A DNA stretch of 64,000 bases from positions 94,005-158,004 of the forward strand of contig CAVSKE010000040.1 in the NCBI GenBank assembly GCA_963728305.1, in the 5' to 3' direction. This DNA is from an uncultured Acidobacteriota bacterium. Lineage in GTDB: Bacteria > Acidobacteriota > Vicinamibacteria > Vicinamibacterales > UBA2999. The position numbers were made by a program, and so were the translations under genes. The notes under the pieces were generated by a model. The model saw only the letters and a program-made list of their open reading frames with translations, ran no database searches and was not told where the DNA came from. Below, piece by piece: positions 1-11,353 of the stretch (position 1 is its first letter; the number at the start of each line of letters is the position of its first letter).

Positions 1-40
1 GAGACGCTCGACGATCATGCGGTAGAGCCCTGGCCGGTCA

Positions 41-1453
41 TTAGCGGGGCGAACCGCCTGACGGACCAGGCGATGAGCCGGCCAGTGCTTTCGCTTCTGC
101 GTCGACGTCCCGTTCCCATTGGTCAATCAGCGGGAACAACTTCCTGACAATATCGGTGCGCTGACTGGCGAGGTCGTTGCGCTCGCCAATGTCGTTGGCA
201 AGGTTGTAGAGCATTGGATTGCCGGCATCGAGCAGCAGTTTCCAGTCGCCCTGCCGGACGGCGCGCTGCCGCCGCGCCTGCCCGGTGATCCGCCAGAAGA
301 GCGTCCGTTCCGTGCGCTGTGCACCCTCCTGCAGCAGCGGCAGCAGGTTGATGCCCTCGAGGCGCGCCTCTGCCGGCACCGGGGAGTTGGTGACCGCGGC
401 AATCGTGGCCGTCAGGTCCATGATGATGCCAACCTGCGACGAGGTCTTGCCGGCGGGAATCCGGCCGGGCCACCGGAAGATTGCCGGCACACGGATGCCA
501 CCTTCCCAGACGGTGCTCTTGCGATGGAACAGCGGCGCATTACGGGACAGCCACTCCCCGCCGTTATCCTGCGTGTAGATGACCAGCGTGTTGCGCGCCA
601 GGCCGAGGCGATCGAGTGTCGCGAGAATCTTTCCCACGCCTTGATCCGCTCGCTCGAGAATGGCGGCGTAGTCCTTACGTGTGTTGGTCGGATCCTCTTG
701 CGGCTGGACGAATCGGCCGTTGCCCGGCGCCGTCGAGGGATGGTCCGGCACCTGGAACGGCCAGTGCGCGGCGTTGAAGGCCACCTCGAGGAAAAACGGC
801 TGCTTGGCATTCTCCTCGATGAACTTCACCGATCGCTCGGTGAACAGGTCCGTCGAGTAGCCAGTGACGTGCGTGGGCTGCGCATTCTCGAAGAGGTCGT
901 GCTCGCCAGCCTGATCGGTGTGCTGGTAGTAGTCGATCAAGCCGCTCTTGAACCCGAAGAAGTAGTCGAACCCGTGCGCGTTCGGACTGAACTCCGGCTT
1001 GTAGCCCAGATGCCACTTCCCAACCAGCCCGGTGCGGTAGCCGTTGTTCTTGAGCAGCTGCGGCAGCGTGCGACCGTTGGCGGGCAGTCCCTGCTCCTGC
1101 GCCGTGCGTGCAGCGCCGAGCGGATTCTCGATCCGATATCGCTGTTGATAGCGTCCGCTGATCAACATCGCGCGCGTCGGCGAACAATTCGGGGCTGCGT
1201 AGAAGTCGGTCAGCCGCGTGCCGTTCTTCGCCAGGCTGTCGATGTTCGGCGTCTTGATATCCGGCGCACCGTAGCTGCCGATATCGCCGTACCCGACATC
1301 GTCGGTGATGATGAGGATGACGTTCGGACGCGACGGTGCCGCTTGGACGGCAGCGGGCGTCTGAGCCGCGGCGGACGCGGCACAAGCCACGGTAATGAGG
1401 AGCGCGAAGGCGCCGGCGCGCCGCGCGAGCAGACGGCTGAGTGCTGTGCGCAT
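41..1453 (-). CDS. Secreted arylsulfatase A-like sulfatase
   Basis: Signal peptide; PNVILIITDDVG, CSPTR formylglycine motif, GKWHLG. Confidence 0.93.
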   Translation of the reverse strand: MRTALSRLLARRAGAFALLITVACAASAAAQTPAAVQAAPSRPNVILIITDDVGYGDIGSYGAPDIKTPNIDSLAKNGTRLTDFYAAPNCSPTRAMLISGRYQQRYRIENPLGAARTAQEQGLPANGRTLPQLLKNNGYRTGLVGKWHLGYKPEFSPNAHGFDYFFGFKSGLIDYYQHTDQAGEHDLFENAQPTHVTGYSTDLFTERSVKFIEENAKQPFFLEVAFNAAHWPFQVPDHPSTAPGNGRFVQPQEDPTNTRKDYAAILERADQGVGKILATLDRLGLARNTLVIYTQDNGGEWLSRNAPLFHRKSTVWEGGIRVPAIFRWPGRIPAGKTSSQVGIIMDLTATIAAVTNSPVPAEARLEGINLLPLLQEGAQRTERTLFWRITGQARRQRAVRQGDWKLLLDAGNPMLYNLANDIGERNDLASQRTDIVRKLFPLIDQWERDVDAEAKALAGSSPGPSGGSPR

Positions 1454-1456
1454 GAT

Positions 1457-2401
1457 TTACTTAAAGATGGAGCGCAGGGCGTCCATCTGAGAGGGATCGG
1501 CTTCGCCGAGTTTCATCGGCGTCACCGATACGTAGCCGTTCGACACTGCCCACATATCCGTGCCTTGCGGGGCGGTGCCACCTTCCTCGAATTGATTCCA
1601 ATAGATCGATCGGCCCGACGGATGCTTGGTCTCGGCGAACGATTCCTTGCCGCCCTGCTGCATCGCCTGGGTCGTGATCATGTAGCCCTTGAAGCCATCA
1701 GCCGGCATGACGGGGATGTTGACGTTCAGGAAGGTGTTGGGCGGCAGGCCGTACTGCTTCACACGCCGTGCGACACCGAGCACTTCTTCGGCCGCGAACA
1801 CGTAGTCGCGCTGCGTACCGGCTTCGGCAAGCGAGGTCGCAATCGACGGAACGCCGAGCATCGCCCCCTGCCGGGCCGCACCGACGGTGCCTGACAGATA
1901 GGAGGAGTACCCGAGGTTGTAGCCGCGATTGATCCCGGTGACGACGAGATCGGGTTTGGGCGTCAGAATGTTGCTGATCGCGACATTCACTGTCGTCGCG
2001 GGCGTGGCCGTCAGCGAGATCGCCTTCAAGCCATTCGGGAGCGTCAGATCGTTCCGGAATACCGGCTCGGTGGTCACGATCGAATGTCCCTTGCCGCTCT
2101 GGTTGTCTGCCGGTGCGACGATGATCACCTGACCGATGGCCTGCAGCGTCTGCGCGACAATCGCCATGCCCGGCGCGCGAACGCCGTCGTCGTTGCTGAT
2201 GAGAATCCGATACGGAGGAGGTTGCGGGCGTTGCTGCGCTTTCAGCGGCGCAAGCAGGGATGCCAGTAACAGTACGAAAAGCGCAATGTAGGGCCGGCCC
2301 TTCCGGACCACGTAGAGCCGGTCCTTGGCGACCACGTAGGGCCGGTCCATTGAAGCCATGTAGGGCCGGTCCTTTGGGACCGGCCAGATCGATCTCGGCA
2401 T
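1457..2401 (-). CDS. surE: 5'/3'-nucleotidase SurE with apparent signal peptide (start uncertain, 2401 to 2311)
   Basis: ILISNDDG, NQSGKGHS, TGINRGYN, YLSGTVGAA, GYVSVTPM motifs. Confidence 0.9.
   Translation of the reverse strand: MPRSIWPVPKDRPYMASMDRPYVVAKDRLYVVRKGRPYIALFVLLLASLLAPLKAQQRPQPPPYRILISNDDGVRAPGMAIVAQTLQAIGQVIIVAPADNQSGKGHSIVTTEPVFRNDLTLPNGLKAISLTATPATTVNVAISNILTPKPDLVVTGINRGYNLGYSSYLSGTVGAARQGAMLGVPSIATSLAEAGTQRDYVFAAEEVLGVARRVKQYGLPPNTFLNVNIPVMPADGFKGYMITTQAMQQGGKESFAETKHPSGRSIYWNQFEEGGTAPQGTDMWAVSNGYVSVTPMKLGEADPSQMDALRSIFK
2288..2385 (+). repeat. Four tandem 24-bp GTAG-REP-derived units; the last is a full palindrome
   Basis: Units start at 2288, 2312, 2336, 2360 (GTAGRGCCGGYCC...); the last reads GTAG-GGCCGGTCC-TTTG-GGACCGGCC. 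Confidence 0.85.
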
Positions 2402-2414
2402 GGCGCCGAGATTA

Positions 2415-2756
2415 TCAGAATGCGGGGTTCGGACGCTTCGTCACTCGGTAGATTGCCCAGACCAGCAATCCGAGCAGCGCAACCGGCAGCAGCGGGGCCA
2501 ATAGCGAGAGCACCGCGGACAGCAGCGCCCCAATGAGCGCGACCACCACGACGACCATCACAATCGGTGCGATGATCAGTCCCAGGAGTCCGCCGAGCAG
2601 ACCGAACACCATTCCGAAGATGCCGCCGATCAGCTTGAAGAGCAGGCGAATCGGGAATGTGATCAGCCAGATCACCGCGCCCATCACGATGAACGGAATG
2701 GCAACGGCACCGGCAAAGGCCAATGCCAGAGCGCTGAGGACGATGAAAGCGACCAT
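2415..2756 (-). CDS. Small hydrophobic membrane protein
   Basis: 113 aa, almost entirely hydrophobic; co-oriented between rpoZ and surE. Confidence 0.75.
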   Translation of the reverse strand: MVAFIVLSALALAFAGAVAIPFIVMGAVIWLITFPIRLLFKLIGGIFGMVFGLLGGLLGLIIAPIVMVVVVVALIGALLSAVLSLLAPLLPVALLGLLVWAIYRVTKRPNPAF

Positions 2757-2757
2757 C

Positions 2758-3108
2758 CTATCCGGACGTTACGCGACGTGCCCGGTCGAGGTTCCCTCTG
2801 GTTCGGGGCGGGAGAGTGACTACTTGAGACTCTTCGGGCTTGGTCGACGGTGGGACCTCATACAGGACCAGACCGCGGCGCACTTCCTCCATCGCCACGC
2901 GCTCGGCTTTGAACGGCATGGCCCGAGGTGTCTCGACGCCGTCGTCGTCTGAGCTCAGTCGCGGCAGCGCCCCACGGCGCAGCTGCTTGGCACGCATGGC
3001 GGCAACGTCCACGTAGAGAAAACGGCTTTCGATGGGAGGTGCTTTCGGACGAGGAGCACCCGGCTCGGTTTGACTGTCCGAACCGAGAAGTTCGTCTGTG
3101 TCGGCCAT
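2758..3108 (-). CDS. rpoZ: RNA polymerase omega subunit
   Basis: ESRFLYVDVAAMRAKQLRRGA...KAERVAMEEV matches the omega consensus; C-terminal end uncertain. Confidence 0.85.
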   Translation of the reverse strand: MADTDELLGSDSQTEPGAPRPKAPPIESRFLYVDVAAMRAKQLRRGALPRLSSDDDGVETPRAMPFKAERVAMEEVRRGLVLYEVPPSTKPEESQVVTLPPRTRGNLDRARRVTSG

Positions 3109-3136
3109 AAGGAATCAGACTAACACACACAAGCAA

Positions 3137-3206
3137 GGCCTCAGGACTCGGGATTCAGGTGTCAGAACAGGCGAGCTCTGAGTCCTGATTCCTGAGCCCT
3201 GAGGCC
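3137..3206. repeat. Hairpin of inverted 7-bp tandem repeats (TCAGGRY / CCTGAGY)
   Basis: ggcctcaggactcgggattcagg...ctgagtcctgattcctgagccctgaggcc. Confidence 0.8.
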
Positions 3207-3222
3207 ACCGAGAAGTGGCCGC

Positions 3223-3633
3223 TCAGGCGGCCACTTCGACGTTGATGGTCCGCGGCTTCGCTTCGTCCTTGAACGGCAGCTTCACTGTCAGCACGCCGTT
3301 CTTAAACTCAGCGCTCACCTTGCCGGCGTCCACGGTGTTGGGCAGCGTGAACGACCGAGTGAAGGTGCCGTAGCGGCGCTCGACGCGCCGGAACTGCTCC
3401 TCCTTCACCTCCGCCGGGAACTTCTTTTCGCCGCGGAGCGTGAGGGTGTTGTTCTCGACGGTCACCTCGACGTCCTCACGATTGACGTCGGGCAGCTCGA
3501 CCTTGATCACGAGATCGCGGCCGGCCGTCTCGAAAATGTCCACCGGAGGCAACCAGCTTCCACGCGCGGTCAGATCTTCGTCGCGCAGGTAGACATCGGT
3601 CAGCAAACGGAACGGATCGAATCGAGTAATCAT
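3223..3633 (-). CDS. Hsp20/alpha-crystallin small heat-shock protein
   Basis: WLPPVDIFE, ERRYGTFTRSFTLP, FKNGVLTV; AAGGAG RBS before ATG 3633. Confidence 0.95.
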   Translation of the reverse strand: MITRFDPFRLLTDVYLRDEDLTARGSWLPPVDIFETAGRDLVIKVELPDVNREDVEVTVENNTLTLRGEKKFPAEVKEEQFRRVERRYGTFTRSFTLPNTVDAGKVSAEFKNGVLTVKLPFKDEAKPRTINVEVAA

Positions 3634-3646
3634 TGTCTGGTTCTCC

Positions 3647-5515
3647 TTACGCATCGACGACTTCGCCATCCTTGACGTCGTCGTTTGTCTCTGAGGCCTG
3701 GGCGCCGGGCCCGGAGGCCTGCTGTTTGTAAAGCTGCTCGGCGAGCGTGTGCGACACCTTCTCCAGCTCTCCGCGGGCCGTGCGGATCGCCTGCAGGTTG
3801 TCGCCCTTCACCGCCTCGCGAACCGCCGCGATCGCGGATTCGACCTTGCCCACCTCGATCGACGGCAGACGATCGCGGCTTTCGTTGACTGTCTTCTCCA
3901 CCGAGTAGGCGAGCGAGTCAGCCTGGTTGCGCTCGTCAATGAGCTCGCGCCGGGCTTTGTCCTCCGCCTCGTGTGCCGCGGCGTCCTTCACCATGCGATC
4001 GACGTCGTCCTTGTTCAGACCGGACGAGCCGCTGATGGTGATCTTCTGCTCCTTGCCGGTAGCGACGTCCTTCGCCGTCACGTTGACGATGCCGTTGGCA
4101 TCGATGTCGAACGCGACTTCGATTTGCGGCACGCCACGCGGCGCGGGCGGCAGTCCCACCAGCTGGAAGCGTCCGAGGGTGCGGTTGTCGCGCGCGAACT
4201 GCCGTTCGCCTTGCAGCACGTGCACCTCGACGTTGGTCTGGTTGTCCGTTGCGGTCGAGAAGATCTCGCTCTTCCGCATCGGAATCGTCGTGTTCCTCGC
4301 GATCAGCGTCGTCATCACGCCGCCGAGCGTCTCGATGCCGAGTGAGAGCGGCGTCACGTCCAGCAGCAGGACGTCCTTCACCTCTCCCTTGAGCACCCCA
4401 CCCTGAATCGCCGCCCCGACGGCGACGACTTCATCGGGGTTCACGCCCTTGTGCGGCTCTTTGCCGAAGTACTCCTTCACCAGCTGCTGGATCTTCGGCG
4501 TGCGAGTCGTGCCGCCGACCAGCACCACTTCGTCGATCTCGGACGGCTTGAGACCGGCGTCGGCGAGCGCCTGTTTCACCGGTCCCATCGACCGCTGGAA
4601 CAGTTCGTCGGCGAGCTGCTCGAATGTCGCACGCGACAGCTTCATCTGCAGATGCTTCGGACCGCTTTGGTCGGCGGTCACGAACGGCAGATTGATGTCG
4701 GTCTCGAAGACGGTCGAGAGCTCGATCTTGGCCTTCTCCGCTGCTTCCTTCAGGCGCTGCAACGCCATCCGGTCCTTGCCCAGATCGATGCCGTCGCTCT
4801 TCTTGAACTCAGCGATCATCCAGTCGATGATTCGCTGATCGAGATCGTCGCCGCCGAGATGCGTGTCGCCGTTGGTCGCCTTGACTTCGACGACGCCCTC
4901 ACCCACTTCGAGGATGGACACGTCGAACGTGCCGCCGCCGAAGTCGTAGACGACGATGGTTTCGTCCTTCTTCTTGTCGAGGCCGTAGGCCAGCGCCGCA
5001 GCCGTGGGCTCGTTGACGATGCGAAGGACGTTGAGGCCGGCGATCTTGCCAGCGTCTTTCGTGGCCTGACGCTGCGCGTCGTTGAAGTAGGCTGGAACGG
5101 TGATGACCGCATCGGTGAGCTTCTCACCGAGGTAGTCCTCAGCAGCGCTCTTCAGCTTCTGCAGCACGACCGCCGAGATCTCGGGCGGCGAGTATTTCTT
5201 GCCGCGCACTTCCACCCAGGCATCACCGTTGTCGGCCTTGATGACCTTGTACGGGACGCGGGTGACTTCCGTGGAGACCTCGTCGTGCTTCCGGCCCATG
5301 AAGCGCTTGATCGAAAACACGGTGCTGTCGGGATTGGTCACGCTCTGTCGTTTGGCGACCTGACCGACGAGCCGCTCGCCGTCCTTGGTGAACGCAACAA
5401 CGGATGGCGTGGTTCGTCCGCCCTCCTGGTTCACGATGACCGCGGGCTCGCCCCCTTCCATGACTGCGACCACTGAGTTCGTTGTGCCGAGGTCGATTCC
5501 AATGACCTTGCTCAT
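3647..5515 (-). CDS. dnaK: Chaperone DnaK (Hsp70)
   Basis: [42 protein letters not shown]; AGGAG RBS. Confidence 0.98.
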   Translation of the reverse strand: MSKVIGIDLGTTNSVVAVMEGGEPAVIVNQEGGRTTPSVVAFTKDGERLVGQVAKRQSVTNPDSTVFSIKRFMGRKHDEVSTEVTRVPYKVIKADNGDAWVEVRGKKYSPPEISAVVLQKLKSAAEDYLGEKLTDAVITVPAYFNDAQRQATKDAGKIAGLNVLRIVNEPTAAALAYGLDKKKDETIVVYDFGGGTFDVSILEVGEGVVEVKATNGDTHLGGDDLDQRIIDWMIAEFKKSDGIDLGKDRMALQRLKEAAEKAKIELSTVFETDINLPFVTADQSGPKHLQMKLSRATFEQLADELFQRSMGPVKQALADAGLKPSEIDEVVLVGGTTRTPKIQQLVKEYFGKEPHKGVNPDEVVAVGAAIQGGVLKGEVKDVLLLDVTPLSLGIETLGGVMTTLIARNTTIPMRKSEIFSTATDNQTNVEVHVLQGERQFARDNRTLGRFQLVGLPPAPRGVPQIEVAFDIDANGIVNVTAKDVATGKEQKITISGSSGLNKDDVDRMVKDAAAHEAEDKARRELIDERNQADSLAYSVEKTVNESRDRLPSIEVGKVESAIAAVREAVKGDNLQAIRTARGELEKVSHTLAEQLYKQQASGPGAQASETNDDVKDGEVVDA

Positions 5516-5551
5516 CTTTTGGTTTCTCCTGCTGGATTCCTGCTGAATCCG

Positions 5552-5614
5552 ATAGTAGCCAATCATATGAGTGTATGTCAAGCATCTAATCTTAGTTATT
5601 AACACTCATATAAT
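5552..5614. promoter_or_regulatory. Divergent sigma70-type promoters for dnaK and hsp20, with a 10-bp inverted repeat
   Basis: Minus strand TTGACA(5581-5576)-N18-TACTAT; plus strand TATAAT 5609-5614; ATATGAGTGT(5565-5574)...ACACTCATAT(5602-5611). Confidence 0.65.
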
Positions 5615-5681
5615 GTCGTTGCTCGTTTTGACGCTGCTTTCCGCGCTTGGTTCCCGGCTCGAAAGGGCCACAAGGCATGCG

Positions 5682-6158
5682 ATGATGGCCGCCGTGGCCC
5701 AGTTTTCCTTTATTCCCTCAGCTGAGACGCGCGATCTCGCCGGCGACCTCCGAGAGCTGTTCGCCGAACTGGCCGCGACGCTCCCCCCCGAGCAACGCGT
5801 CTATTCCGGCGAATGCCATCCGGCCATCGACGTGCTCGAAACCCAGACCGGCGTCGAAGTCATCGTGGATGTCGCGGGTGTTCCCGCGCAGGGGATTCGC
5901 GTCCTGTTTCGCGGAGACACATTGATGATCGCGGGCGAAAAGGCCCCTGGCCCTACGGCCGCCGAGCCGACGTTTCACCTCGTCGAACGGGAGTTCGGTC
6001 GCTTCGCACGCGCCGTCCGCTTATCCGGCGCCTTCGACGTGTCTCGCGCCCGCGCTTCGCTCTCCGGCGGCGAGCTGACGATCGTGCTGCCCCGCCTTGC
6101 CGAGCGGCGCGGCGAGCCGCACCTCATTCCCCTCTCCACCGACAACGGTCGTTCATGA
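5682..6158 (+). CDS. Second Hsp20-family protein
   Basis: PAIDVLET, VEREFGRFARAVRL, GGELTIVLP; start uncertain (5682/5694). Confidence 0.85.
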   Translation: MMAAVAQFSFIPSAETRDLAGDLRELFAELAATLPPEQRVYSGECHPAIDVLETQTGVEVIVDVAGVPAQGIRVLFRGDTLMIAGEKAPGPTAAEPTFHLVEREFGRFARAVRLSGAFDVSRARASLSGGELTIVLPRLAERRGEPHLIPLSTDNGRS

Positions 6159-6988
6159 ACATCCTCTTCATCGGCGACATCGTCGGCCGTCCCGGACGGG
6201 ACATGATTCGCAAGGGCGTGCGCGCCCTTGCCGAGAAGCACGAGGCTGATCTCGTCATCGCCAACGCGGAGAACGCGGCCGCAGGTTTCGGGATCACCAA
6301 GGACATCGGCGACACGCTGCTCGAACTCGGCGTCGACGTGATGACCTCGGGCAATCACATCTGGGACAAGAGGGAAGCGCTCGAATACATCGCCTCTGAA
6401 CCGCGGCTGCTGCGGCCGGCCAACTATCCTGCCGGCGTGCCTGGCCGCGGCTCCTACGTGGCGCGCACCGGCGATGGGCGCGAGGTCGGCGTCATCAACG
6501 TCATGGGGCGCGTGTTCATGACGCCCATTGACGATCCGTTCGCGGTCGTCCTGCGGGAGATCGAAGCGATTCGTCACAAGACCCGCTTCATCGTGGTGGA
6601 CTTCCACGCCGAGGCGACGAGCGAGAAAGTCGCCATGGGGTGGCATCTCGACGGCAAGGTCACGCTGGTGGTCGGCACGCATACACACGTGCAGACCGCT
6701 GACGAGCGAATCCTCCCGAATGGCACGGCCTACATGACCGACGCTGGCATGACCGGGCCGCAGGACTCGATCATCGGGATGGAGCGCGAGCCCTCACTCG
6801 CGCGGTTTCTCACCGGCATGCCGACCAAGTTCGAACCGGCCACCGGCAATCCGCGGTTGAATGGTGTGCTCGTGACCGCCGACGACAAGACCGGCCGCGC
6901 CACGGCCGTCACGCGAATCAGCTACTCGGATGCCGACCTCACGGCGTTGAGCAGGACGGCCGAGCCGGCGCACGCGAATCAGCGATGA
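6155..6988 (+). CDS. ymdB: YmdB-family metallophosphoesterase (TIGR00282-type)
   Basis: MNILFIGDIVG, NAENAA, TSGNH, DFHAEATSEK, GTHTHVQT. Confidence 0.93.
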   Translation: MNILFIGDIVGRPGRDMIRKGVRALAEKHEADLVIANAENAAAGFGITKDIGDTLLELGVDVMTSGNHIWDKREALEYIASEPRLLRPANYPAGVPGRGSYVARTGDGREVGVINVMGRVFMTPIDDPFAVVLREIEAIRHKTRFIVVDFHAEATSEKVAMGWHLDGKVTLVVGTHTHVQTADERILPNGTAYMTDAGMTGPQDSIIGMEREPSLARFLTGMPTKFEPATGNPRLNGVLVTADDKTGRATAVTRISYSDADLTALSRTAEPAHANQR

Positions 6989-8449
6989 GCCTGTTCGATC
7001 TGCCCTTCGAGGAACCTGCCCCGGAGGCCGAGCCCGAGCCGGAACGCGAGCGGCCCGCACGCAGAACCTCCGGCGGCTCACGAGCGCCGCATCCACTACG
7101 GTCTCGGAACTCACCGGGCGTATTCGCACGCTGCTCGAGGAGGAGTTCTTCGAAGTCTGGGTCGAGGGCGAGCTCTCGAACTGCAAGGTCTGGAACACCG
7201 GCCACATGTACTTCACGCTGAAGGACACGAACGCGCAGATCAAAGGCGTGATGTTCCGTTCGTCGCTGCTCCGCCTCCGGTTCAAGCCTCAGGACGGCCT
7301 GCGGGTTGTCGCGCGCGGCCGCGTCACCGTCTACGACCCGAAGGGCGAGTATCAACTCGTCTGCGAGCACTTCGAGCCCGAGGGGCTCGGCGCGCGGCAA
7401 CTCGCCTTCGATCAGCTCAAACAGCGGCTCGTCGAAAGAAGGGCTCTTCGACGAGCGGCGCAAGCGCGCCCTGCCTGCCCTGCCGCGAAAGATCGGCGTG
7501 GTGACTTCGCTCGACGGCGCGGCGATCCGCGACATTCTCAAGGTGCTCGGCCGTCGCTACGCGAACGCGCACGTCGTGATTCGTCCGACACGTGTACAGG
7601 GCGAAGGGGCCGCACTCGACATCGCCCGCGGCCTCTCCGCGATCGGTCGCGTCGGCGGCGTGGACGTCATCATCGTCGGCCGCGGCGGCGGCTCGATCGA
7701 AGACCTCTGGGCGTTCAACGAAGAAGTCGTCGCTCGCGCGATTGCCGGCTGTCCGGTGCCGACGATTTCCGCCGTCGGCCATGAGACCGACGTGACGATA
7801 GCCGACTTCGTCGCCGACGTGCGCGCGCCGACGCCGTCTGCGGCCGCCGAAATGGTCGTGGCGCGGCACGATGACTTCGTCGCGCGCATCGATCGGTTGA
7901 CGCGCCGTGTCGGCGCAGCCATGGCATCGCGTCGTCATCGGCTCGAGTCGCGGCTGCGCACGCTCGAAGCACGCTCAGGACTCGCGGGAACGCGCGGCCG
8001 CCTCGCGATGCGCGGGCGCCATGTCGCCGAACTGACGCACGAGCTCGGTCGCGCCATGCGCGGCGGTCTGTCGCGGCGCGAACGGCGTTACCAGCGGTTG
8101 CGGCTGACGCTCGAAACGTTCGACCTCCGGCGTCGACTCGCCGGCGTTCGCACGCGACTGGTGGCCGGTGAAGGCAGGCTCGCCGCATCAATCGATCGGC
8201 GTCGTCACGCGCTGGCAGTCGCAGCTCGGCGCGGTCGCCGCCAAGCTCGAGAGCCTCAGTCCGCTCGCGGTGCTCGCGCGGGGCTATGCTGTGTGCTGGA
8301 ATGGCGATCGGACGGCGGTCATCCGCGACGCATCGGCAGTCGCCATCGGCGACCGCGGTGACGGTGACCGTCCAGCACGGCGAGTTGTCGTGCGAGGTGA
8401 CCGATCGCCAGTGCCGCCCGAAGGATCCGAAGACCGGAGAATCAGGTAA
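6985..8449 (+). CDS. xseA: Exodeoxyribonuclease VII large subunit (several apparent indel frameshifts)
   Basis: [52 protein letters not shown] found across frames. Confidence 0.9.
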
Positions 8450-8452
8450 GCC

Positions 8453-8694
8453 GTGGATTCAACGATCAAGGATTTCGAGGCCGCGATCGCCGAGCTCGAG
8501 ACGATCGTCAAGAAGCTCGAAGAGGGCGACCTGCCGCTCGAATCTTCACTGCAGCTCTACGAGCGGGGCGTGCAGCTCTCGCGCTATTGCCATGCGCGCC
8601 TCGAAGAGGCCGAGCGGCGCATCGAGATTCTGAACGAGCGAGGGCAGCTCAAACCGGCGCCGGCGACGCTGACCTCTGACGATGAGTCGAAGGT

Positions 8695-8698
<4 letters not shown>
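8453..8698 (+). CDS. xseB: Exodeoxyribonuclease VII small subunit
   Basis: FEAAIAELETIVKKLEEGDLPLESSLQLYERG. Confidence 0.95.
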
Positions 8699-9629
<931 letters not shown>

Positions 9630-9673
9630 TTTGGGGTCTGACCCCGGGTCAGACCCGAGATCGACCCAAATTC
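9630..9673. repeat. Short palindromic REP-like element
   Basis: gggtctgacc-ccg-ggtcagaccc core, flanked by tttggg...cccaaa. Confidence 0.6.
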
Positions 9674-9678
9674 GTTGC

Positions 9679-10411
9679 ATGGCGCGCGTACGAGCTTGAT
9701 CAGTTATTGCTCGATCGGAAGCTGGCGCCGTCGCGCGAGCGGGCGCGGGCGCTGGTCATCGCCGGCCAGGTGACGGTGGACGGCCGGACGGTCACCAAAG
9801 CAGGAACGGCCGTCGACGACTCCGCGGACGTGGCGCTCGTGACGCCGGATCATCCGTACGTCGGCCGCGGCGGACTGAAGCTCGCCCACGCACTCGACAC
9901 CTTTCAGATCCCGGTCGCCGGCCGCGAGGGTCTCGACATCGGTGCATCCACCGGCGGCTTCACCGACGTGATGCTGCAGCGCGGCGCCACACGCGTGGTC
10001 GCCCTCGACGTCGGTCACGGCCAGTTGGACTGGCGGCTGCGGCAGGACCCGCGCGTCGTCGTCCTCGAGCACGTGAACGCGCGCACTCTCACGCCCGACA
10101 TGCTGCCCGGCACAGTCGATCTGGTCACGATCGACGTGTCCTTCATCTCGCTGTCCCGTATTCTTCCCGTCGTCCCACCGCTCCTGCGGCCAGGCGCGGA
10201 TATCGTCGCCCTGGTCAAGCCGCAGTTCGAGGCCGGGCGCGAGGAAGTGCGCAAGGGGATCATTCGCGACGCCGCCATCCATGCGCGCGTGCTCGACGAA
10301 GTCGCCGCCACGGGCGCTGAGGTAGGATTGACGCGAGTGGCGTCCACTCCGTCACCGATCACGGGCCAGAAAGGCAACGTCGAGTTCCTCGTCCACTTCC
10401 GCGCGTCATGA
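9679..10411 (+). CDS. tlyA: TlyA-family rRNA 2'-O-methyltransferase (indel near start)
   Basis: S4 domain SRERARALV, YVGRGGLKL, DIGASTGGFTD, KPQFE, GNVEF. Confidence 0.93.
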
Positions 10412-11309
10412 ACCAGGCACAAATCACCCGCGTCGGCATCGTGGCCAAGACCGGATCTGGTTGCGGCCGCCGATCATCTGCATCGTCTCGCGCGCTGGCT
10501 GCGCGACCGGCAGCTCGCAGGCGGTCTTCGAGAACGACACCGCAACACTCGCCAGCGACAGCGCCGGCACACGCACCTACTCTCGCGAGACGCTGCCCGC
10601 CGAAGTCGATCTCATCATCGTCCTCGGCGGCGATGGCACGCTCCTCAGCATGGCCACGCGGACGGCGCAGTCGGGCCGCGACATTCCGATACTCGGCGTG
10701 AACTTCGGCAGCCTGGGCTTTCTGACGGAAGCGCGGATCGACGAGCTCTACACGGTGCTCGAGTCGGTCCTCAACGGCACGGCCACATTCGACGAGCGGG
10801 CCATGCTCGCCGCCGATGCCTATCGCACCCGCGAGCACTTCGATTCTCGCATCGTCCTGAATGACGTGGTCTTCACGAAGGCAGCGCTGTCGCGGATCAT
10901 CGAGCTCTCGGTGTCCGTGGGCAGCGGGCTGGTCATGAAGGTGAAGGCCGACGGGTTGATCATCGCGAGCGCGACCGGATCGACGGCGTACAACCTCGCC
11001 GCCGGCGGGCCCATCATCCATCCCAGGGCTGACGCGATCGTGCTCACGCCAATCGCGCCGCACACGCTGACCAACCGGCCGATCATCGTTCCAGGCAGCG
11101 AAATCATCGAGATCCGGCCGCAAGTGCAAGGGACGCTGGACGAGATCTTCGTCACCTATGACGGACAGTCCGGATATCCGCTGCAGCAGGGCGACATCGT
11201 TCGCGTGCGCCGTTCGGAGCGGACTCTGAAACTGGTGAAAGCCCCGCGCAGCTACTTCGAGCTGCTGCGCGAGAAACTCAAGTGGGGCGAACGCGGCGGC
11301 CGCGAGTGA
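10408..11309 (+). CDS. nadK: NAD kinase (frameshifted near N-terminus)
   Basis: GGDGT, GVNFGSLGFL, LNDVV, DGLIIASATGSTAYNLAAGGP. Confidence 0.93.
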
Positions 11310-11353
11310 AGCGGTAGCGCGCACGCTTGTGGACCGCGCCGGGAGGAGTCGTG

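Noticed and set aside
2288-2385. CRISPR-like array
   Set aside because: 24-bp period with no unique spacers and no cas genes; REP-derived tandem repeat
5599-5625. Canonical CIRCE element
   Set aside because: Only the left arm (TTAACACTC) resembles CIRCE; the right arm at N9 does not match
5571-5681. N-terminal extensions of dnaK and hsp20 shown in the ORF track
   Set aside because: They overlap the promoter region; RBS position and homology support later starts
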